Positions 53,969 to 60,162 of a stretch of 64,000 nt of DNA are shown here, piece after piece (the first letter of the stretch is position 1; the number at the start of each line of letters is the position of its first letter). The notes beneath the pieces were generated by a model. The model saw only the letters and a list, made by a program, of their open reading frames with translations. It searched no databases and was not told where the DNA came from. Source of the DNA: a virus. Lineage: Duplodnaviria > Heunggongvirae > Uroviricota > Caudoviricetes. The DNA lies in IMG/VR virus record IMGVR_UViG_3300009784_000001, positions 246,418 to 310,417 of that record; one strand, written 5' to 3'. The position numbers and the translations under genes are program-made.

Positions 53969-54194
53969 AAATAAAAAGATAGGGTTCACTGAGTTAAAGT
54001 GAATAGTTCAATACCAAGGTGAGGGAAGTGTTGAATGATAATATAAGTCCTTACATGTAATATAACTACATATCTAACATGTTTTATATATAGTCATGAA
54101 TGTTATAAAACCTCTGGAACATTTTTTTTTATTAGGGTAGTTTTCATTGGATTAGACCCTGACTTTATGGTAAGTTATATTTACCTTAATTTAT

Positions 54195-54270
54195 TGGAAC
54201 TTAGCTCAGCTTGATTTAGAGCATCTGTTTTACAAGCAGAGGGCCGTGGGTTTAAATCCCCCAGTTCCAA
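54195..54270 (+). tRNA. tRNA-Val(TAC)
   Basis: Cloverleaf, TCTGT-TTTACAA-GCAGA. Confidence 0.88.
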
Positions 54271-54279
54271 CAATTAAAT

Positions 54280-54351
54280 CGGGGGATAGAGCAGTGGTAG
54301 CTCACCAGGCTCATAACCTGGAGGTCGAAGGTTCGATCCCTTCTCCCCCAA
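54280..54351 (+). tRNA. tRNA-Met(CAT), initiator type
   Basis: C1:A72 mismatch, CCAGG-CTCATAA-CCTGG. Confidence 0.92.
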
Positions 54352-54355
54352 CAAT

Positions 54356-54484
54356 AGGAAAGGTACAGCAAATTGAATTAAAATTCTATTTACAATTTTA
54401 CTATGAGGAAGAGAGCTTTCATCTAAAATAGGTGGAAAACAACTCTCAAAGAAATGAGTACTTCTCTAAAAACTCTCTTTCCTG
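54356..54484 (+). ncRNA. Stand-alone stem-TACAGCA RNA module, copy 2, with a large structured interior
   Basis: AGGAAAGG-TACAGCA...TCTTTCCT-G. Confidence 0.7.
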
Positions 54485-54491
54485 ATATCAT

Positions 54492-54621
54492 AAAATAAAT
54501 CTTTACATCAAGGTGTACATAAATCTGTATAGTGGTACAAATGAGGGGCAAAGGAGAAGAATTTGCGTAGTCCGCTTGGAGTATCGGGTAGCTATGGTTG
54601 GGAAAGGTAAAGATTTATTTT
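54492..54621 (+). ncRNA. Structured ~130-nt RNA closed by a perfect 15-bp stem
   Basis: AAAATAAATCTTTAC / GTAAAGATTTATTTT with internal hairpins. Confidence 0.6.
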
Positions 54622-54636
54622 TAATTTTTATATAAT

Positions 54637-55071
54637 ATGTTATATTCAATATTATTAACATTAGGATTATTAATTTTAGCTCATTTTATTGGAGATTGGA
54701 GTAAATTTGTTCCATTTCATCAAAAAGTAGTTAATGCAAAAGTTAATAAAACCAATACATCTGGAAATTGGATATTTTTACATTCAAGTATTGTATCTCT
54801 GTATAAAATATTTGCAATTTTAATTTCATCTTGGATTATTCCAATAGGAAATATGCCAGGTTTTTTGAATACAATATGGTTTTATATTATTCTTGTAGTA
54901 ATATTTTTTGGAGAACTAATAACACATTTTGTATTTGATATTTCTAAATGGTTTCTAAATAATAAATATAATCTGAATCCATCAAAAGATATTTATTGGA
55001 CTGTTGTTGGTATTGACCAAATGCTACATTATTTAGTAATGTTAGGAATGTTATATTTATTATATTGTTAA
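54637..55071 (+). CDS. DUF3307-like membrane protein
   Basis: AHFIGDW, LHS, THFVFD, GIDQMLHY. Confidence 0.75.
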   Translation: MLYSILLTLGLLILAHFIGDWSKFVPFHQKVVNAKVNKTNTSGNWIFLHSSIVSLYKIFAILISSWIIPIGNMPGFLNTIWFYIILVVIFFGELITHFVFDISKWFLNNKYNLNPSKDIYWTVVGIDQMLHYLVMLGMLYLLYC

Positions 55072-55079
55072 TTTTATAT

Positions 55080-55165
55080 GGCTATGTGGCGTAATTGGGA
55101 GCCGCAGGGGACTTAAAATCCCCTCTCCTGTAAAGGAGGTACAGGTTCAAGTCCTGTCATAGCTA
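55080..55165 (+). tRNA. tRNA-Leu(TAA)
   Basis: GGGGA-CTTAAAA-TCCCC, long variable arm. Confidence 0.92.
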
Positions 55166-55168
55166 CGA

Positions 55169-55289
55169 TGAGAATTAGCTCAGTTGGTAGAGCAAAGGTA
55201 TTATAAAAAGTTTCTTGAATAAGAAATGTTCAGCAATATTTAAAAATGGGAACTTTATGTCAGCAGTTCGAGCCTGCTATTCTCATCCA
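55169..55289 (+). ncRNA. tRNA-like RNA (Pro TGG-like) with ~45 extra nt in the anticodon loop
   Basis: Acceptor TGAGAAT/ATTCTCA-T-CCA, canonical D/T arms, stem AAGGT/ACTTT enclosing 52 nt ending TGGGA. Confidence 0.8.
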
Positions 55290-55292
55290 CAT

Positions 55293-55366
55293 TTTCTGGT
55301 AGTTCAATTGAATAGAACCTTCGGCTTCTACCCGAAAAGTTGGGAGTTTGAATCTCCCCCAGAAAG
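55293..55366 (+). tRNA. tRNA-Arg(TCT)
   Basis: TTCGG-CTTCTAC-CCGAA. Confidence 0.9.
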
Positions 55367-55383
55367 CAAAATAAATAGAAAAA

Positions 55384-55614
55384 ATGAGTAGTTGTATTAA
55401 TAGATTAGATGATGAATTAGATGACCAGCAATGGAAAGAAATGGTATTAAAATGGAATGGTTTCAAATTTAAAGTAATTGATGAATTAAATGAAGTTAAA
55501 ATTAAGAATAAATATGATACCAAAGAAGTTGAAGAATGGAAATTTTTATTTAATAATAAATCCAAAATATTAGCGAATAGAGAATTGATTAACTTATTAA
55601 AAAATTGGGAATGA
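55384..55614 (+). CDS. Hypothetical protein
   Basis: ORF track. Confidence 0.55.
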   Translation: MSSCINRLDDELDDQQWKEMVLKWNGFKFKVIDELNEVKIKNKYDTKEVEEWKFLFNNKSKILANRELINLLKNWE

Positions 55615-55823
55615 ATATAAAGGTAAAAGAATTAATAAGTAAATTACAATTATTTAATCCAGAAGCCGAAGTTGATATTCTATTTAATAATCAACCTTAT
55701 CCTTTGGAAATATATGGTTGGAATTGTGGTGGAGATAATAATTATTCTTCAACTGAATCTAAACAAAAAGCTATTTCAGTATCATTAGGTGGGATTGGGT
55801 TAAATGATAGTGAAAGAATGTAA
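55611..55823 (+). CDS. Hypothetical phage protein (KVKELI.KL..F.P.AEV type)
   Basis: ATG at 55611 overlapping the previous stop. Confidence 0.6.
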   Translation: MNIKVKELISKLQLFNPEAEVDILFNNQPYPLEIYGWNCGGDNNYSSTESKQKAISVSLGGIGLNDSERM

Positions 55824-56159
55824 ATGAAAAGTAAATTTGAATGTAGAGATAAAGTATCATATAATACATTTGAAGAAGCAAATAAAGTATTATCAGTATG
55901 GGATAAAAAGAAAAATAATAGTGAACAATATGCTTATTCTTGTAAAGAATGTGGAAAGATACATATTACCAGTAGAAAGAAACATCTAAATAAAGTAAAA
56001 CCAATTAAATATAAGGAAATTGGATTTACAAATGAGGATAGAAAAAAATGGGGTGGTAGTCGTTCAGTTAAAGAGCAAAAAGAACTTGTAGAAGTATTGT
56101 ATAAAGGAAGAGAAAATAAAAGAGTTACTTTTGGAGATTTATTAAAAAAAGAATATTAA
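55824..56159 (+). CDS. Small zinc-ribbon protein
   Basis: C..K..Y...YSCKECGKIHITS. Confidence 0.65.
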   Translation: MKSKFECRDKVSYNTFEEANKVLSVWDKKKNNSEQYAYSCKECGKIHITSRKKHLNKVKPIKYKEIGFTNEDRKKWGGSRSVKEQKELVEVLYKGRENKRVTFGDLLKKEY

Positions 56160-56179
56160 GTTTTTTTAATACAAAATAT

Positions 56180-56210
56180 TTTGGTAACTCAAAAATAATT
56201 CTTATCTTTG
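56180..56210 (+). promoter_or_regulatory. Bacteroidota-type promoter
   Basis: TTTG-N19-TATCTTTG. Confidence 0.8.
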
Positions 56211-56231
56211 TAGTGTTATTTGAAATTATAA

Positions 56232-56419
56232 CGAGAGGTAGCTTAATGGCAGAGCGCAGTCGGAATGTAAAATTGCAATTTAATGTTCTTAAACAAGACT
56301 GAATGGTGTGCTGTGAAAGTTTGAAAAAAGTGAATACAAACTGAATGGGGTTGCAAACCTTGCAAGTTATGATGCTTGAAGTAGAATGAGTAATTGAGGT
56401 TCAATTCCCACCCTCTTGA
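56232..56419 (+). ncRNA. 188-nt tRNA-like RNA with greatly expanded anticodon and variable regions
   Basis: Acceptor CGAGAGG/CCTCTTG-A, D arm GCTT-AATGGCA-GAGC, CAGTC/GACTG stem, GGTTCAATTCC T loop. Confidence 0.7.
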
Positions 56420-56438
56420 CAAAAAAAATTAAATTGAT

Positions 56439-56705
56439 ATGAAAACATTAAGAGAAAGACAAATTGGTGAAAGATTTAAATATAGAAAAAATATAGTTGA
56501 AGTCAAATCTGTTATTTATAACAAATGTTTTTATTGTCAATTTAGAAATCAATCTAAATGGATTGTAATTCTAAATGGTTGTTATCAAGAAAAAAATATG
56601 TTTGATTCTTGTTCAAAGAAACATAATTGTTCAAGATATACCAGAAAGGATAAAAAAGATGTTTATTTCAAACTAGTCAAAAGACTTTATTTAGAAAGAA
56701 AATGA
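56439..56705 (+). CDS. Cys-rich hypothetical protein
   Basis: ORF track; C..C.F..C..RKD.K.VYFK. Confidence 0.6.
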   Translation: MKTLRERQIGERFKYRKNIVEVKSVIYNKCFYCQFRNQSKWIVILNGCYQEKNMFDSCSKKHNCSRYTRKDKKDVYFKLVKRLYLERK

Positions 56706-57265
56706 TAGGTTCAAATAACACTGATAAGTTTAAGATATTCCAAATAAGATGGGCTGAAAAGTTGGGTTATAACGATAATCCATATTTAATAAGGTGGACA
56801 TTTATATTTTTTGGATATTCAATGAGAATACATCATTGGATTAAATCAGATGATAATAGATATTTTCATGATCATTCAAGTGATTTGTTAAGCATTGTAT
56901 TAAAAGGAAAATATACAAATGTTAAACCTCTTATGTGGAAGAAAAATTTACCTCCAACTCATTTATTTGAAGTTGAATTACCACCAGAATCTTCAATAAA
57001 GAGAAAGTTTATTTCAAATACTGTAGAGTATCCAGTTGAAGGTATTTTTAATTCTTGGAAAAATTTCTTCAATATGAAGAAATCAATATGGTTTTCAAAA
57101 GCAACTGAACAACATTACTTGAGTATTCCAAAAAAAGGTGCATGGACATTGTTATTTGAAGGAAAAGCATATCATAAGTGGGGATTTTATGTAAATCAAC
57201 ATAAATGGAGACCATTAAGATATTTCTCAAAGTTTGGTATAATACAAACAGAAAATTATCAATAA
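56702..57265 (+). CDS. Cupin-like protein
   Basis: RIHH..SDD.R.FHDH..SIVLKG.Y..H..WTL..KWGF. Confidence 0.65.
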   Translation: MIGSNNTDKFKIFQIRWAEKLGYNDNPYLIRWTFIFFGYSMRIHHWIKSDDNRYFHDHSSDLLSIVLKGKYTNVKPLMWKKNLPPTHLFEVELPPESSIKRKFISNTVEYPVEGIFNSWKNFFNMKKSIWFSKATEQHYLSIPKKGAWTLLFEGKAYHKWGFYVNQHKWRPLRYFSKFGIIQTENYQ

Positions 57266-57281
57266 TTTTTAACATAAAAAA

Positions 57282-57313
57282 TTTGGTCATTAAAAATAAA
57301 ATTTGTATCTTTG
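57282..57313 (+). promoter_or_regulatory. Bacteroidota-type promoter
   Basis: TTTG-N20-TATCTTTG. Confidence 0.8.
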
Positions 57314-57607
57314 CATTATAAATTATGTTTTATTGATAGATTCAGGTACTGAATATTGGCACTGTAAAATATAGTTTAGAGTAATAGGCAGTAAGTCATA
57401 TATCTATGAGTAGAGGGTAACGTTTGAAATTAGTATATACTCCTTTGAAAAAGTGCAATGACCTATTATTTTTTATTAAATATTGATAATTTTTTAAATA
57501 ATAGTATATTTATATTAAAAAACTTATAAATGGGTATTGAACCATAAATAAAAAGTAAAAACAAAAAAAGCAATGGGAACAGATGCTTAAAAAAAGAAAA
57601 AAAAGAA

Positions 57608-57739
57608 ATGAGAGAATTTAGTAAACATATTAATAATTTTGTTGAGGTTAGTTATAAACCCAATAGTAATTGTAATTCAAATGAAAAACCATTTGAAGAT
57701 GATAATAATTTGCTAAAAGGATTTTGTGTATATATGTAA
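57608..57739 (+). CDS. Attenuator leader peptide 1: MREFSKHINNFVEVSYKPNSNCNSNEKPFEDDNNLLKGFCVYM (43 aa)
   Basis: Translated by hand; A-rich start context; 3' end complementary to the terminator 5' arm. Confidence 0.75.
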   Translation: MREFSKHINNFVEVSYKPNSNCNSNEKPFEDDNNLLKGFCVYM

Positions 57740-57760
57740 CATTTACTCAAATATACGTTC

Positions 57761-57810
57761 CACAAACCCTGATAGCAAAATTAAAAAAGTTATCAGGGTT
57801 TTGTGTTTTT
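57761..57810 (+). terminator. Attenuator terminator 7 nt before tRNA-Glu
   Basis: CACAAACCCTGATAGC / GTTATCAGGGTTTTGTG plus TTTTT. Confidence 0.85.
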
Positions 57811-57817
57811 AATATAT

Positions 57818-57888
57818 GGCGCATTAGTTTAGTGGTAGAACAGGCGGTTTTCAGCCGAAGGAGAGGGTTTCGATTACCCTATGCGCTA
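57818..57888 (+). tRNA. tRNA-Glu(TTC)
   Basis: Loop TTTTCAG; two mismatches at the top of the anticodon stem. Confidence 0.8.
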
Positions 57889-57895
57889 CAAATAT

Positions 57896-57968
57896 GTACC
57901 TGTGGCAGAGTGGTTTATGCACTTGACTGTTAATCAAGACTACGAAGGTTCGATCCCTTCTGGGTACG
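57896..57968 (+). tRNA. tRNA-Asn(GTT)
   Basis: CTTGA-CTGTTAA-TCAAG, G73. Confidence 0.92.
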
Positions 57969-57976
57969 CAAAAATA

Positions 57977-58048
57977 GAGAGTATAGCATAATCTGGTAAG
58001 TGTGCCTTCCAAGTGGGAAGGAGATGTGGTTCAAATCCAATACTTTCT
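57977..58048 (+). ncRNA. Atypical tRNA-like RNA with a non-canonical anticodon loop
   Basis: GAGAGTA/TACTTTC acceptor, D arm, CCTTCC-AAGTG-GGAAGG, GGTTCAAATCC; no U33. Confidence 0.65.
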
Positions 58049-58056
58049 GCAAAAAT

Positions 58057-58128
58057 AGTCTATTGGTCCAGCGGTTAGGATGCCAGATTGTCAATCTGGT
58101 GGCGAGGGTTCAACTCCCTTATAGACTG
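58057..58128 (+). tRNA. tRNA-Asp(GTC)
   Basis: CCAGA-TTGTCAA-TCTGG, G73. Confidence 0.92.
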
Positions 58129-58134
58129 CTATTT

Positions 58135-58207
58135 CTGGGTGTAATTCAGTAGGAAGAATGCTTGGTTTGGGACCAAGATGTCGGGAGTTCGAGCCTCTCT
58201 ACTCAGA
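58135..58207 (+). tRNA. tRNA-Pro(TGG)
   Basis: CTTGG-TTTGGGA-CCAAG, C1-G72, A73. Confidence 0.92.
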
Positions 58208-58214
58208 CAAAATT

Positions 58215-58290
58215 CGGATAGTAGGGAAGCTCGGTCGTTCCCGCCTGCCCTGGACGCAGGAGATCATAGGTTCAAATCCTGTTTATCCGA
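58215..58290 (+). tRNA. tRNA-Pro(TGG), variant loop with C33 and A37
   Basis: CCTGC-CCTGGAC-GCAGG, C1-G72, A73. Confidence 0.85.
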
Positions 58291-58427
58291 CTATAATTAA
58301 AAAAGTTAAAGGGACTTTGAAAAGAATTATAAGTGAAAATAATATGAGTAATAAATTAAAAATAAAACGAAAATGTAGCTGACCTCACAGTTAATATGGG
58401 CTGTGAGGTTGGGAATAAGGATATTAC

Positions 58428-58500
58428 TCCCTCATAGCTCAATGGTTTAGAGCTTCTGTCTTTTAAACAGAAGAACCAGGTCCGATTCCTGGTGGGGGAA
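58428..58500 (+). tRNA. tRNA-Lys(TTT)
   Basis: TCTGT-CTTTTAA-ACAGA. Confidence 0.9.
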
Positions 58501-58518
58501 CTATAAAAATAAAAAAAA

Positions 58519-58740
58519 ATGTTTTGGGATAACAAAAATAAATGTAAGAAGTATTGTATAGGTTGTAAATTTGCAAGTGAATTTAATAATAATTTTTATT
58601 GTGTTAATGAACTTGGTGAATATATTGTTGCAACAAAAAATCAAGTTTTAGTATCATTGGGATATACAGCTTTACATATATGTAGAGGTTTATTAATAAA
58701 GAAAAATTGCCCATTTTTTGAAAAAGATAGAAAATTATGA
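58519..58740 (+). CDS. Cys-rich hypothetical protein
   Basis: ORF track. Confidence 0.55.
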   Translation: MFWDNKNKCKKYCIGCKFASEFNNNFYCVNELGEYIVATKNQVLVSLGYTALHICRGLLIKKNCPFFEKDRKL

Positions 58741-58985
58741 AAGAAATTAGTATTAAAGATGTAATTGATAATAGTAAAAGAGCTAAATTAACTCATGCTA
58801 TTGCAGGGAGATTGTATTATAGGGTAGATGATATAGAAAGAAATACTACATATCAATTTTGTGTAGATATGAATGATAAAGAAGATGTTGGTTCAACTAC
58901 ATTTATTGTAGATGAAAAAGCTATTCTTTTAATGAGATATATTAGAAAATCAAAAGATTCTGGTGATTTAATTCAAATTAAATAG
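58737..58985 (+). CDS. Hypothetical phage protein
   Basis: G.LYY...D.G..TF...EKA..LMRYIRK pattern. Confidence 0.65.
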   Translation: MKEISIKDVIDNSKRAKLTHAIAGRLYYRVDDIERNTTYQFCVDMNDKEDVGSTTFIVDEKAILLMRYIRKSKDSGDLIQIK

Positions 58986-58989
58986 CATA

Positions 58990-59181
58990 ATGAGTTTTAT
59001 TTATGAAATAAAAAATTTAGAGAAAATAAAAGAAGAAGGTAGTATTTACATTCAATGCCCATGTTGCCAAGAAAGTTTTGATTATTATCTAGATAAATAT
59101 GAATTAGATATTTTGAATAAAGAAGAGGACATTTATTGTAAGTGTATAGAATGTGGTAATTCTTTCTATCTTTCTTTGTAG
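58990..59181 (+). CDS. Small zinc-ribbon protein
   Basis: CPCC..CIECG. Confidence 0.6.
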   Translation: MSFIYEIKNLEKIKEEGSIYIQCPCCQESFDYYLDKYELDILNKEEDIYCKCIECGNSFYLSL

Positions 59182-59237
59182 ATTATCAAAAAGTGATAAA
59201 AATCATTTTATGTATTGTAAAAGATGAAAAGAATAAA

Positions 59238-59269
59238 TTTGGTATATTCAATAATAATTTGTACTTTTG
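59238..59269 (+). promoter_or_regulatory. Bacteroidota-type promoter
   Basis: TTTG-N20-TACTTTTG. Confidence 0.75.
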
Positions 59270-59312
59270 CGATATAATTATCTATTTATAGATACAACAA
59301 AAAAGTATAAAA

Positions 59313-59648
59313 ATGAAAAAAAGAATTATTATTTTATTATCATTATTTTTCATAATGAACATAAGTCAAGCAGCTATTTATAAAACAAAAAGTGAAAGTG
59401 ATGTAATTGAGAATAGTACAGGTTTATTTGGAGAAAAAAAAGTAGAGAAAATTGAAAATACAGAAGATAATTATGGTGGATTATTCAGAGCATCAGATCC
59501 AGGTGGAAGACCAGGGAATGGTGATGGAATTGGTCAGCAAGCACCATTAGGTGATGGATTAAAAATATTACTTATACTTTGTTTTTTCTTTCTTCTTTAT
59601 GAATTTTCTACAAACAAAAAAATTAACATAAAAAATTTGGATAATTAA
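59313..59648 (+). CDS. Secreted small protein with a PID-CTERM-like C-terminal anchor
   Basis: Signal peptide ending SQA; G/P-rich linker; APLGDG plus TM plus basic tail. Confidence 0.6.
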   Translation: MKKRIIILLSLFFIMNISQAAIYKTKSESDVIENSTGLFGEKKVEKIENTEDNYGGLFRASDPGGRPGNGDGIGQQAPLGDGLKILLILCFFFLLYEFSTNKKINIKNLDN

Positions 59649-59667
59649 AAAATAAATTGTAATTTTG
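59636..59667 (+). promoter_or_regulatory. Bacteroidota-type promoter for the Met / CAGCA / leader-2 transcript
   Basis: TTTG-N20-TAATTTTG. Confidence 0.7.
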
Positions 59668-59704
59668 TAGAGTAATAAGATATTTATAAGATATAAAAAT
59701 AGAT

Positions 59705-59782
59705 CGTGGTGTGGAGGAGTCTGGCTTTCCTCATCTGGCTCATAACCAGAATGTCACATGGGTTCAAATCCCATCACCGCAA
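59705..59782 (+). tRNA. tRNA-Met(CAT), initiator type
   Basis: C1:A72 mismatch, TCTGG-CTCATAA-CCAGA. Confidence 0.9.
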
Positions 59783-59787
59783 CAAAT

Positions 59788-59841
59788 AGAAAACATACAG
59801 CATTTTTTCAATTTTCAATGGGAGAAAAAAAGTGTTTTCTG
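59788..59841 (+). ncRNA. Stand-alone stem-TACAGCA RNA module, copy 3
   Basis: AGAAAACA-TACAGCA...TGTTTTCT-G, near copy of 53912. Confidence 0.75.
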
Positions 59842-59850
59842 AAAAAAATA

Positions 59851-59932
59851 AGGAAAGATACAGCAATGTTAAATGGTTAAAAGAAAATTCTGTAAAAATT
59901 TTTTGAAAAGGTTCAAATCCTATTCTTTCCTG
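59851..59932 (+). ncRNA. Stem-TACAGCA RNA module, copy 4, enclosing a tRNA-Tyr-like anticodon arm and T arm
   Basis: AGGAAAGA-TACAGCA..AATGGTTA..AAAATT-CTGTAAA-AATTTT..AGG-TTCAAAT-CCT..TCTTTCCT-G. Confidence 0.75.
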
Positions 59933-59968
59933 TAAATTTGAAAAGTTAAATTAAAAAAAATAGAAAAA

Positions 59969-60079
59969 ATGAAACAAATTAGTAGTACATATTGTCTTGG
60001 AAGTTCATCAGCGATTAGTTTTGCTGGTACAACATCCTTTTGTACTTATCATTTTTATGATAATTTTGTTTCAAGTTAA
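59969..60079 (+). CDS. Attenuator leader peptide 2: MKQISSTYCLGSSSAISFAGTTSFCTYHFYDNFVSS (36 aa)
   Basis: Translated by hand; 25 of 36 codons are S/T/Y/C/F/A/L; 3' end complementary to the terminator 5' arm. Confidence 0.82.
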   Translation: MKQISSTYCLGSSSAISFAGTTSFCTYHFYDNFVSS

Positions 60080-60108
60080 AAAAAGAATTACCTTAACCTG
60101 GCAAGGAT

Positions 60109-60153
60109 AAACCTGAAACAAATCTATAAAAAAGAAAAGTTTCAGGTTTTTTT
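60109..60153 (+). terminator. Attenuator terminator 9 nt before tRNA-Ser(GCT)
   Basis: AAACCTGAAAC / GTTTCAGGTTT plus T run. Confidence 0.85.
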
Positions 60154-60162
60154 AATTTATAT

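Noticed and set aside
54380-54470. Hammerhead ribozyme in the module-2 cargo
   Set aside because: CTATGAG is not the CUGANGA core and the stems do not fit.
53773-55251. tRNA inserts as group I/II or archaeal-type introns
   Set aside because: Only 45-48 nt, no catalytic core, no clear bulge-helix-bulge; kept as an unexplained module.
57977-58048. Calling this tRNA-Gly(TCC) and counting Gly in the leader-1 match
   Set aside because: CTTCCAA cannot be placed in a loop with a paired stem; the identity is undetermined.
57724-58382. ORF-track entries over tRNA genes (57724, 58158; likewise 53623, 54246, 55260, 60231)
   Set aside because: Shadow frames of GC-richer RNA genes.
58383-58408. CCTCACAG/CTGTGAGG hairpin before tRNA-Lys
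   Set aside because: A real inverted repeat, but with no U-tract or recognisable RNA fold; function cannot be supported.
53912-59932. CAGCA repeats as a CRISPR array
   Set aside because: Dispersed, variable, not regularly spaced, and no cas genes.
57560-60160. T-box riboswitches as the explanation for the terminators
   Set aside because: No T-box TGGNACC bulge sequence or stem I seen; leader ORFs overlap the antiterminator strands instead.
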